A DNA stretch of 63,993 nucleotides, the filler included, from Octopus bimaculoides (lineage: Eukaryota), in the NCBI RefSeq assembly GCF_001194135.2. It is 6 parts of 6 records of this genome, joined end to end, with 100 filler letters (N's around TTAATTAATTAA, not from the genome) between each part and the next. Parts side by side here need not be neighbours in the genome. Positions count along the whole stretch, not along the records: positions 39,076 to 51,103 come from NC_068988.1; positions 51,204 to 62,870 come from NC_068990.1; 4 more parts are not named here. One strand, given 5' to 3'. The notes under the pieces were generated by a model. That model was not told the origin of the DNA, made no database searches, and was given only the letters and a program-made list of their open reading frames with translations. A program made the translations under genes and the position numbers. How positions within the stretch are numbered: position 1 is the stretch's first letter; each line of letters opens with the position of its first letter. Below, in pieces: positions 50,099 through 61,779 of the stretch.

Positions 50099-50600
50099 CG
50101 TTATATTGTTTTGTACAGTTCGAAGAAGACGTAAAGTTGCCTGGGCATTCGCAATATTCTTCGTTTCCTTCAAAAATACAATTGCCAATTGTGCAGTCCC
50201 TCAGGCAAGGCTCAGAGCAGTATTCTCCTGTCCATTGTGGTTTGCAATAACATGACATATGTTCGTCCTTGTCAAAGTCACATAAACCATTGACACAGAG
50301 GCTGCAAAAGTACTGTTCTTTGCCACTTAACTTACGGCACTGTAAACTACTGTTGTATTTTACACACGTTTCATCGCTTCCACAATGAGTCGAATTCATG
50401 GTACAGGTCTTGGGTGAAACAACTGGAGATTCAGAGGTCCCTATTTTGGTGTTGCTCTCAACGTCATCGTCAATGTTATTGTTGCTGGTGTTGTTGTTGT
50501 CCGTGGTGATGTTGTTGTTGACATTGAGCGTGCGAGTGTTGATATACATCAGACATGCCATCAATGTGACAATATGTAACAGTACAGCTGCTTCCTTCAT
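50099..50600 (-). CDS. Secreted cysteine-rich EGF-like protein, coding exon 1 (signal peptide, Asn/Thr/Asp-rich linker, one 4-Cys module, two 6-Cys EGF-like modules)
   Basis: ATG at 50600 in context aaactATG; hydrophobic AAVLLHIVTLMACLMYI; Cys spacing C-x2-C-x4-C-x9-C-x-C-x8-C (with WTGEYC) and C-x3-C-x4-C-x8-C-x-C-x9-C; donor AACG|GTATGT after 50099, phase 1. The tail of ORF 49935-50600 past this point is intron and microsatellite. Confidence 0.9.
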
Positions 50601-50841
50601 AGTTTCTTTTACAGATATGATGCTATGTTGCTGCGATGTTGCTTGGCCAAGTGTACAACAGAGAATGATCCTCGTGCGAAGCTATTAAGGAGCACTTATG
50701 TGTTACACGGAAAAACACAAAAGATACACTATTCATATTGATGGTGGTGAGATGGCGGTGGTGATGATGGTGATGGTGGTGGTTGTGGTGGTGGTGGGGT
50801 CAATAGCCGCGACGGTCATTATAGTGGTGTTATACATACAT

Positions 50842-50887
<46 letters not shown>

Positions 50888-51295
50888 GCAATGTTAATTC
50901 TCTAAATGAAGTATTAACAGTAACTGCACGATAAAGTGTAGTATATTGCCACTTAAGTGTGGCTGACCCCTAGGGGTGGATGTTACTGTTGCTTTTAGCC
51001 CCAGGAGGACATCTCCTCCAGCTGGCTTATCGACACACGACTGTGTCCTGTTTGCCAAGGGAGTTATCCCTCTCACCACGACCAGCAGCACGAACGTATA
51101 TATNNNNNNNNNNNNNNNNNNNNNNNNNNNNNNNNNNNNNNNNNNNNTTAATTAATTAANNNNNNNNNNNNNNNNNNNNNNNNNNNNNNNNNNNNNNNNN
51201 NNNACAGAAAATGTCAATTGTGTAAAATGGGGTAACATTAGGTTTATCCATGGAGAGAAAAGAAAAAAAGATAGATGGATAGATAGACAGATAGA

Positions 51296-51326
<31 letters not shown>

Positions 51327-51572
51327 GTAGGCAGACAGACAGGCAGACAAATAGATAGATAGATAGATAGATAGAGAGAAGGATATACAAATGAAACGCG
51401 AGAGACAGATATAAAGCTATAAAGACATAGACATTCTCTTTCTCTATATAACTCCCTACCGGACAATTACATCTTCCCTCCCTACTCCTCCTTCTCACCG
51501 TCTCTTCTTCACTCTCCTCTCTCTCTCTATCACCTTATTCCTTCGTCCCTCCCTCTTTTCCCCTCCTCTTCT

Positions 51573-51624
<52 letters not shown>

Positions 51625-52059
51625 CCTCGAAACTATCACTACAGCGTTGCTAACAACGCAGCTACCAATATACTATCGCCAAAATCTCTACAACTACAAC
51701 TACTACTGTTCCAGCCAACACCACTACCAACACCACCACCACCACCACCACCACCACCTGCTACTATCACTCTGGCTACCTCTACCATGAACTACCACCG
51801 AATCCACAACCACAGCATTACCACTCCTGCTACTGTTATTCTGGCTATCTCTATCATAAACTATCACCGAAACCACAACCACATCATTACCACTGCAGCG
51901 ACTATTACTCTGGCTAGTGCTATACTAATTGTTTTTCTTTTCTACTGCTGATAATTGCAGCAGCGCCTTTTCCTCCTCCTCGTCATACTACTACTACTAC
52001 TACTACTATTGTCGTTGCTGCTGTTAATGCCGCCGCTGCTGCTGCTGCTACTACTACTA

Positions 52060-52095
<36 letters not shown>

Positions 52096-52546
52096 GTGTT
52101 GGTTCCACAGCAATAACAAACTTCTGGTGAAATGCTTTCCAACCGTGGCGTTCGCGTAGTTTCAGGCCTTTAGTGTGAATTTAAAGTATATATTTAATGA
52201 GATTTGGTTTGATAAAGATTTGGCTGCTATTTTAACAGATCAATTTGACCATCAAGTTATCCCTCCCTTGGCAAGCATTGTTTGTGCTGTTGTTGATGTA
52301 ACTGCTCCTGCTTTTTCTTTTAGTGTCGTTGTCCTCTTTACATTTTCAGTGGCGGTCAAACGCGGTCACTTTGAGGGATTCCATCCCCCTTCACTAATAA
52401 ACGAATACCAGTTAACTATTCGGGTTAATTATTTACGAAATATTCTGGGCCTTGTAGCAATGTATGAGCATGATGTAAGACTCACATTACAGGACTGCTG
52501 TCACACCAAGGCATCCTAGACTCACATATAATAGAACTGTGTTACT

Positions 52547-52779
52547 TATTTCTTTATTGCCCACAAGGGACTAAACACAGAGGGTACAAACAAGGACAGA
52601 CAAACGGATTAAGTGGATTATATCGACCCAGTGCGCAACTGGTAATTAATTTATCGACTCCGAAAGGATGAAAGGCAAAGTCGACCTCGGCGGAATTTGA
52701 ACTCAGAACGTAGCGGCAGACGAAATACCGCTAAGCATTTCGCCCGGCGTGCTAACGTCTCTGCCAGCTCGCTGCCTTA
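52547..52779 (-). mobile_element. Well-preserved family B-headed SINE with an alternative 3' tail and a 21-bp TSD
   Basis: TSD ATATAATAGAACTGTGTTACT at 52526-52546 and 52780-52800. Confidence 0.92.
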
Positions 52780-52801
52780 ATATAATAGAACTGTGTTACT
52801 G

Positions 52802-52898
<97 letters not shown>

Positions 52899-53136
52899 AC
52901 ACCACACCACACAACACATGTCAGATTTACAATACAGTACTGCTCATATACATGGGACAATGCTGCTATTGCACATACAAACATCCTAAACCCAAAATAC
53001 AGTACTATTAACTTATCTGAAACAGTTCTGTTGTGATGCACACATTACAATGCCACCAACGTATCTGGTACACTGTTGATGCTATTCGCACATGGATATC
53101 TCGAGAGCCACATTTATAATAACTATTCACATACCT

Positions 53137-53441
53137 TTGGAGGCACATGGCCTAGTGGTTAGAGCAGTGGACTCGCGGTCGAGGGATCGCGGGTCCGAAT
53201 CCCAGACCGGGCGATGTGTGTGTTTATGAGCGAAGCACCTAAGCTCCGCGCGGTTCCGGCAGAAAGTAATGTCGAACTTCTGCTGACTCTTTCTCCACAA
53301 CTTACTCTCACTCATTTCTCTTGCATCTAGCAGCTCATTAGCGACGGACCGGTGTCCCGTCCAGGTGGGGAACCTATATGCTGATGAAACCGGGAAACCG
53401 GCCCTTATGTGTCAAGCATAGCTCGAGATGGAACAAACAAC
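53137..53441 (+). mobile_element. tRNA-derived SINE (family C) with A/B boxes, (AAC)-like tail and a 12-bp TSD
   Basis: A box TGGCCTAGTGG, B-box-like GGTCCGAATCC; TSD ATTCACATACCT at 53125-53136 and 53442-53453. Confidence 0.92.
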
Positions 53442-53606
53442 ATTCACATACCTGGCCCGGCGCAGTTGTTTCATGTGTAGGCATCTTACATACACGTCAC
53501 ACTACAACTCACACATCTGGGATAATGCTGTTCCTATACACAAGCAGATGTCCGAGGCCAAAATATTCTATTGACCACATATCTGGGACATTGTTGCCAT
53601 AACACA

Positions 53607-53929
53607 TAGGAGCACTCCGTCAGTTACGACGACGAGGATCCCAGCTGATACGATCAACGGAACAGCTTGCTCGTGAAATTAACGTGCAAGTGACTGAGCA
53701 ATCCACAGACACGTATACCCCTTACGTAGTTCTCAGGGAGATTGAGCGTGGCACAGAGTATGACAAGGTCGACCCTTTGAAATACAGGTACAACTCATTT
53801 TTGCCAGCTGAGTGGACTGGAGCAACGTGAAATAAAGTGTCTTGCTCAGGGACACAACGCGTCGCCGGGAATTGAACTCACGACCTTACAACTGTGAGCC
53901 GAATGCCCTAACCAGTAAGCCACGCGCCT
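53607..53929 (-). mobile_element. tRNA-derived SINE (family D, CORE-like box) with an 8-bp TSD
   Basis: Minus strand ggcgcgtggcttactggttagggc...gagttcaattccc...gtgtccctgagcaagacac; TSD ATAACACA at 53599-53606 and 53930-53937. Confidence 0.88.
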
Positions 53930-56303
53930 ATAACACACACACATCTGAAAGCGCAACACTGTACTGCACACATACCTAGGACAATGCTGCTGTTACGCAC
54001 AGAGGCATTCTGCACCATATTTCATTGGGACAGTGTTGCTGATATGCAAACAGGCATCCTGGGCCACAACACGGTACTGTTCACATCTGGGGCAGTGTTG
54101 TTTTTGCTTTCACATTTCTTAGACAAATATTGAAGTATTGCTCACTTATCTAGGACAATGCTGCTGTTTGTTTCACACGTTTTTGACCAAAACGCAGTGC
54201 TGCTGTTAGGCACAGAACCGTCCTAGACCATATTATAATACTGCTCGTACATCAGGGGAAAATGTTACTGATACACATACATTCTGGACCACATAACATA
54301 TTTGCATACATATAAAAAGTATTGTCTCTTACATATAAATACAGCCTAGACCACAATACAGTACTGCGAATGTATCAGAGTCAGTACTCCCGTTACTAGA
54401 AACATCTATCATAAACCACATTAAACCACTGCTCACATAACTGGGACAGCGCTGCGGTTACACATACGTGCTAAACTTATATTTCAGTATGGCTTACATA
54501 TCTGAGACAGCGATGTTGTTACCATACCAGGCAAAAACATTCTTAACTCCAAGACATATTGCAGTACTACTCAGATATCTGGGGCAGTTCTGCTGTGACA
54601 CACACACACACAAGTGAGCGCACGTATACGAACACATGCACGGAGGAACATCTCAGAGCACATTAAACTTTTGCTTACATATCTGTAAGTGCTGATGCTA
54701 TTGCACTTAACATAAATTCTAGACCATTTTCTCAAAGAAAACAAGACTAACAAAATTCGTTCAACAAGCTTCACCTACACACTTATAAGCAGGTTATTTC
54801 TTCTATCTGCTTTTTATTTTTACCTTAACCACAATTATTTTTATACTTCTCTGATATTTTTGCTCTAAGACACACCCGATTCTCTTTCTCTTGCTATTTT
54901 TATTGTCTCTCACTTCCTCGATTCCGCACTAGGCCTATCACCGAATGTTTATTCCGCATTCATTCTACTTCTACAGACATCAGTCACATCAATCACGTTC
55001 TTCTCTCATAAAGACACCTAGTACGATCAAGGTCTCAGCCGCTCCTTATCGCTGCCTGAAACAAAACAAAAAACAAAAAACAAAATTTTTAAATAGAATT
55101 TATAATTGTGTTGATTGAATTACTTCATTACCAAGTGACGTCCCTTTCTGGCTTCGAATTTGGCTCACGGTCAATTCATCCAGAAATCATAAATACCAAA
55201 CACGCCTGCTTCTAAAAATGTTAACTCATTATTCTACTAGTGCCGAGTGTCATCTGTCTACGTTCAAATTTCATTGAGGACCACCATACGTTGCATTTCT
55301 GGCGAGGTCTTTACAGTTAGCACTAGTTATCATACGTGTTGAAATCTCCTGGTAACAACTTTTGGCCTTGCACCAATCTAAAATACCAATGTTAAGTTTC
55401 AATGTTTACTGCTGCAGCAATAGTTATTTATTTTGTTGCTGGTCAGCCTTCATCGAGTAGAACTATGATTAATGATGCTTCTGCTGTTATGTTCCCAAAT
55501 ATATTTTCTATAAAATTTCAGATTATATGGTGTATTTAAGACGAAATTGCCCAATGTATACTTCACGTATTAAGACGTTATCGCGTAATTTAATGTAATT
55601 TGGCTGCTATTTCTAGAAAGTACAATAACCACATAGCTGAACCCCATGACTGATGGTGATTGATAGGCTTTGTTGTTATTCTTGCTGCCCTTGTATATGT
55701 TATCAATATGTAGATATCTTTGATATTATTTCAGTTAATTATTAATTATTAGTTCCTCTCCAACGTTTCGCGTAACTTTCAGTTCATTAAGAAAGGGAGT
55801 ATTTCATAACTATCCTCCCAGGAGATAAATTATATGGCAAGTGAAAAAACCAACACTGTTTCAATTTAATGAAAAACTAGGAGCTTTTGATTCCCACAGC
55901 AATAAGAAGAGTTACAAATCGGTTACAAAACCTGATGTCATACAGACTTCAACCAGTCGATCTACTTACAGTTATGTCCCTTAGCCGTTCGTCTAATATT
56001 CTGAGGACACCAGAAGCGAAATATGTCCTACTAATTGTTAGATAATCAAAACTTTCCATGTGATAACCCATTCCTGTCGTGTTAATATCTACTTTGCAGG
56101 TTGTTCTCCTGAGGCCTTTCTCTTCTATTCTCTTCCTGATATTCATAAATCAACGTCACTATGACATTCTCCCCTCTCCCTGTCTGTATGTCTTTCTATT
56201 TGTCTCTCTCTCTCTCTCTCTCCCATATATATATATACACACACACATATGTATACATACATGTGTGTATATATATATGTATATATACACATGTGTTTAC
56301 ATC

Positions 56304-56345
<42 letters not shown>

Positions 56346-56496
56346 CACACACATACATGTGCATATATATATTCATATATATGCATATACACATATATCC
56401 ATATATATGTATCTATTAATCTATCTATATATATGTAAACACATATATTATACATTTATACACATTCACACACAACACAGATCCACACGCACCACC

Positions 56497-56554
<58 letters not shown>

Positions 56555-56615
56555 TACATACACATATTGATCTTCTTAGATTTACCAACTGAGAAGAATG
56601 TGCTTCACCGATTCA

Positions 56616-56648
56616 CTGAGGAGGTCTAATACGACCGAAACAAGCGTC
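56616..56648 (+). ncRNA. Minimal type-I hammerhead-like core, probably degenerate
   Basis: CTGAGGA-GGTC-TAATAC-GACC-GAAA-C-AAGC-GTC: catalytic core, 4-bp stem II and GUC triplet are present, but stem I pairs poorly. Confidence 0.4.
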
Positions 56649-56984
56649 ATAGTTGACTGTTAATGCCAGCTCCATTACTGTCTGCATTGTTCATATTGAT
56701 CGAACTCTCATCAAAGTGAGGAGCATTTGTCCCTTGAAATTTATACCTTGAGCGGTCCATTCTACAGGCACAATGTATATGTTGTGCATTATAGAAATTT
56801 TGAAATATTTTTAGCAGAGGCAGATAAAACTATTCTAGATGATTGTAATTTTAGTACATCATTACTACACGCCTAATAAACTGACCTGCCGACTTTTATT
56901 ATTCTAAATTGAAGGAGACACCTGAAACAGCACTTTTAACACTCCCTACTAAACACTACTTGTCACAGCTGACTAATTTGCAGA

Positions 56985-57540
56985 ATGCAGTTGCGATGTT
57001 TGGAAGCTCGCTATACAATACAGTTTTGTGTTAAACTGGGCCATAACGCTACAAATACTTATAGAATACTCAAGGCTGTATGTGGATTGACTTGGCTAGA
57101 GGCCAGGGAAAGCAAGTCCACAGGGAAACACCTGAGGATTCCCATTTGCGACAGTAAGGGCATCATCTACATCCACCGGGTTCCCCTGGCAGGACGATTA
57201 ACAAATAATACTTTATTGATGTTTTGTGGAAGTCGAGGAAGGGATATAGTCACAAAAAGCCAGAGCACAGCCCCTACACCAGGACAATACACCAGTCTAA
57301 AATCCCATCCTGGTTAACAATTACTTGACGGAGATGGATATCACGATTGTATCTTCCTCTTCCAGCAGTCCAAACCTTGCTTCCTATGACTTTTGGTTGG
57401 GTCCCAAATTGAAGAAGATGAAAAGAGGCTGTTGAAGCGTCCTGGACAACTTCATGAAGAGGCGGAAGTACTAGAACAGTGGCTGAAGTGATACAAGTGC
57501 ATTGAAGTTGGAGGAACCTACTTTGAAGGAGATTTGAGGA
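56985..57540 (+). mobile_element. Internally deleted mariner-type transposase relic
   Basis: LEARYTIQFCVKLGHNATNTYRILKAVCG (HTH region), CDSKGIIYIHRVP, a DN motif, SPNLASYDFWLGPKLK and [13 protein letters not shown]; the 3' end is overlain by a SINE. Confidence 0.85.
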
Positions 57541-57595
57541 TTTGGTAGACGAAAACTGAAAGAAGCCCGTCGTATATATGTATATATATATATGG

Positions 57596-57633
<38 letters not shown>

Positions 57634-57845
57634 TTGTGTGTCTGTGTTTGTCCCCCCCCCCAACTTCGCTTGACAACCGATGCTGGTGTGTTTACGTCCC
57701 CGTAACCTAGCGGTTCGGTAAAAGGGACGGATAGAGTAAGTACTAGGCTTCCAAAGAATAATTCCTGGGGTCGATTTGCTCGACATAAAGGCGGTGCTCC
57801 TGCATGGCCGCAGTCAAATGACTGAAACAAGTAAAAGAGTATACC
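57532..57845 (+). mobile_element. Family A SINE (core, microsatellite, 3' segment)
   Basis: gatttggtagacgaaaactgaaagaagcccgtcgtatat...ggccgcagtcaaatgactgaaacaagtaaaaga. Confidence 0.88.
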
Positions 57846-57908
57846 ATACTGTACTCTCAATTTCTCCTTCCCCTCATCTCTCTCTTTATATATATGTATA
57901 TCAATATA

Positions 57909-57970
<62 letters not shown>

Positions 57971-58391
57971 TATATATATGTGTGTGTTTGTGTGTGTGTG
58001 TGTGTGTGTGTACGTATGCGTGTATATATGTGTATATGTACTTACGAATGTATGTGTCCATATGTGTGTGTGTACATAGTTTCCCCACTAATTTTGTTCA
58101 TCATTACAGTAAAAGTGTAACAGCTGCGGTATTCGCATGCACGTAGCCTGTTTTATTGTAACTTCTGCTTGTGTTGTTGCTGTTGGTTTTGCCTGTTTTT
58201 GTTGTTGTTGTAGTTGTTGCTCTGGCATTTATGACTTGCGGTTATTTGTTGTTCGGAGTTTGTGCAGTCTATGATAGGAAATAGAAATGTATACATCTCC
58301 TTAATATATGCATGCAAATATACATACACGCATGCATACGAGCATATATACATGCATAAATACATATATACATGCATACACACAGATAAAT

Positions 58392-58458
<67 letters not shown>

Positions 58459-59340
58459 TATGCATACATGTTTACATGTATATACATATATACATAGTAT
58501 ATTTAAATATATAAGAGAGACGGAGGGAGAGGGAGAGAGTGTGGGAGAGAAAGGGAGAGAGAGAGAGAGATATAGAGAGAGATATAGAGAGAGTGACTGT
58601 AAGATGTTATGGTTTCGAAACGCTATCAATGAAACGATGTTGTCGGCGGAAGTGTGTAAATGTTGAAATGTTCAATAAGTTGCAGAGATCACTAATTATC
58701 ATATTATTATCTGTGAAATATTTAAGTTCACGTTTTCGTTTTTAACATCTCGTAAAATTTGGTGTATGTTTGTATTGATGAAATTTCAATGGAGAAAATT
58801 GTGAGTTAATACTATGAGTTGTAGGACATTCACATCACGTTCTCTGGTGTTAAGACCCACAAGAACTTTCTGAAGTGATTCCAGATAGGGAGGGCAATCT
58901 TTCTAAGCCTACAATTTAGAATCACCCAGAATATAATCATTTAAAAGCTGAGTGATGTATAAGCATCTGTTGTTAATATACTCTTCAATAATATCATCAA
59001 ATATCGGTAGATGTTTTAGTATTATTCAGTTTTAGAATTTATAGGTCCATTGAAGTTATTGCTCACGAATACGTGTATTAAACAAATTAAACCGTGTTGC
59101 TGTTATTGGACAATTCTCACCTAATAGATCTAAGACCAAAGGCATTCCAGTAATGACCATTCCATCGTGATATATAAAAGTGTTTGATAATTTAATTTTT
59201 CCGCCTTTCCTCTTATAGGAATGTACGTACGAGGGTAAATTTTATTCTGAACAATTCGACTTGTATGCCGGAAAATATCGAATGGCCTGATGGTTTTGCG
59301 AAGCTTTCGCTAATTATTTTGCGTACATATGTCAGAAGAA

Positions 59341-59444
<104 letters not shown>

Positions 59445-59658
59445 AGCTCGACTCCTTTATACTTGACCCAGCGAAACATTGAGGATTTGGAAGCTGGAAA
59501 CAGAAACATTTGAACCAGAATATGGCTGGCAATACCGTTCAGCTGAACAGCCTGGAGACAACATAAACGAGGTGACTTGCTGAAGGAGACCACGTGTTAC
59601 CTGGTCCAGGGATCAGACTGGTTATTTTTATGATTGCGAGCCCAACACACACGCCTAT

Positions 59659-59696
<38 letters not shown>

Positions 59697-60438
59697 TTGC
59701 GCACACGAAACACTGATACATAAACTTGAAGATGAATATAGATTCACACAAAATCACGAATTGTTGAATAACAAATAATATGGTATATTCTACTGCAATT
59801 AACGAACGGGGAANNNNNNNNNNNNNNNNNNNNNNNNNNNNNNNNNNNNNNNNNNNNNNNNNNNNNNNNNNNNNNNNNNNNNNNNNNNNNNNNNNNNNNN
59901 NNNNNNNNNNNNNNNNNNNNNNNNNNNNNNNNNNNNNNNNNNNNNNNNNNNNNNNNNNNNNNNNNNNNNNNNNNNNNNNNNNNNNNNNNNNNNNNNNNNN
60001 NNNNNNNNNNNNNNNNNNNNNNNNNNNNNNNNNNNNNNNNNNNNNNNNNNNNNNNNNNNNNNNNNNNNNNNNNNNNNNNNNNNNNNNNNNNNNNNNNNNN
60101 NNNNNNNNNNNNNNNNNNNNNNNNNNNNNNNNNNNNNNNNNNNNNNNNNNNNNNNNNNNNNNNNNNNNNNNNNNNNNNNNNNNNNNNNNNNNNNNNNNNN
60201 NNNNNNNNNNNNNNNNNNNNNNNNNNNNNNNNNNNNNNNNNNNNNNNNNNNNNNNNNNNNNNNNNNNNNNNNNNNNNNNNNNNNNNNNNNNNNNNNNNNN
60301 NNNNNNNNNNNNNNNNNNNNNNNNNNNNNNNNNNNNNNNNNNNNNNNNNNNNNNNNNNNNNNNNNNNNNNNNNNNNNNNNNNNNNNNNNNNNNNNNNNNN
60401 NNNNNNNNNNNNNNNNNNNNNNNNNNNNNNNNNNNNNN

Positions 60439-60476
<38 letters not shown>

Positions 60477-61186
60477 TATACATATATATATAACGTATAT
60501 ATATGGCATATAATGGATAGATCATTAAAAGAGTAGACATGTAGAACGTACTGTGCATGATCTAGCAATCATTCTGGTTCATATGACATAGCTAATCAGT
60601 CAGGAAATGCAAAAGAAAACGCGATAGATATTACGTGAAACAACGAATAGAAAGTATTAAAAGAAACGGTGTTAAACATTATGGTAGTTTAACGTGTTAA
60701 ACGATAAGTGTTGTTAATGTCGAGTTTTGCTTACTAAAAATTAAAGATTATGCCTAGTGGAAGAAAGGGTAAAGTCCATTAAACTGCATACCTAATCCTG
60801 TGATGGACGCATTTTCCAGTTTGATAATAGAAACTTATAGAGAGGCATATGTCTTGTAAAACATCTCTAAGATAGTCGGTGCAGCTTTTCGATCTATTGA
60901 TGATGAGTGTTCTTTTAACTATACTGAATCAGCACTTTCTTTTATCTATCATAGATCTCTGTAATAGTTTATCCACTAAATAGTTTATCGTGTATTACAG
61001 ATCTTCTGGCTTTAGCAATGGCTTACTAGCTTTGTATATATTTTGTCGACGTTTTTAAGTCATTTTTGCAGAGTCAGTATATTTTTTCTTTACTGATCTC
61101 CTACCAACAGACGAGCAGTACATTATGCAGACATAAACTCTCACTCACGCGCGCGCGCACGCACACGCACACACACATACACACAG

Positions 61187-61218
<32 letters not shown>

Positions 61219-61710
61219 ACACACACACACACACAAGCACACACATACACACACACATGCGCACAGAAACAAACAAACACACACACGTTCATGTGCGTAC
61301 ATGTGTTTGTATGTGTAGAATATATGCCTCTAGGAATTTCATTTTGAAAAGCAACCGGTTCAGTATGAAATAGACCATATTTCGGTACATTCGTTTGTTT
61401 GGGGCATTTTTTCATCTTACCTTCAAAGTTGGCATATTTATGCAGTTGATCACAGTTGGATTCTATCATTTAGACGTTAGTCAATAAGAAACATGGCTCT
61501 CAAAACATAACACTCCCCAGCGAAAATCTTAATACGAAGAATGATCAAGTATATTCGTGTATCAGAAAATGGTTCTTTCGGTAAATTTTTTATTGCATAA
61601 GCCTAACATATTTTATAATTCATAGAGTATTTGAGGACCATGCATCGAAAAGAATGACTAATTACCATGTCTACGAGGAACGTAGATGTCAATACATAAA
61701 TACACACACG

Positions 61711-61779
<69 letters not shown>

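Larger units (their letters stand above)
52480..54620. repeat. Degenerate tandem array, unit roughly 50-75 bp and mostly about 63 bp
   Basis: A recurrent anchor like cacatatctgggacaatgctgctgtta...catcctagacc...cagtactgct appears at more than a dozen positions. Confidence 0.75.

Noticed and set aside
51740-51945. 69-bp repeat in about 2.5 copies that stays in frame (PATITLATSTMNYHR...)
   Set aside because: It is embedded in (CAC)/(CTA) low-complexity DNA with no splice or start support.
52175-52519. 114-aa plus-strand ORF with an acceptor-like ttttcAG and a later GTAAGA
   Set aside because: No recognisable domain and no partner exons on that strand.
53137-53215. tRNA gene
   Set aside because: A and B boxes are present, but it continues into a SINE body with a tail and TSD.
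59228-59290. TACGAGGG mariner TIR-like start
   Set aside because: No matching right end or transposase sequence was found.
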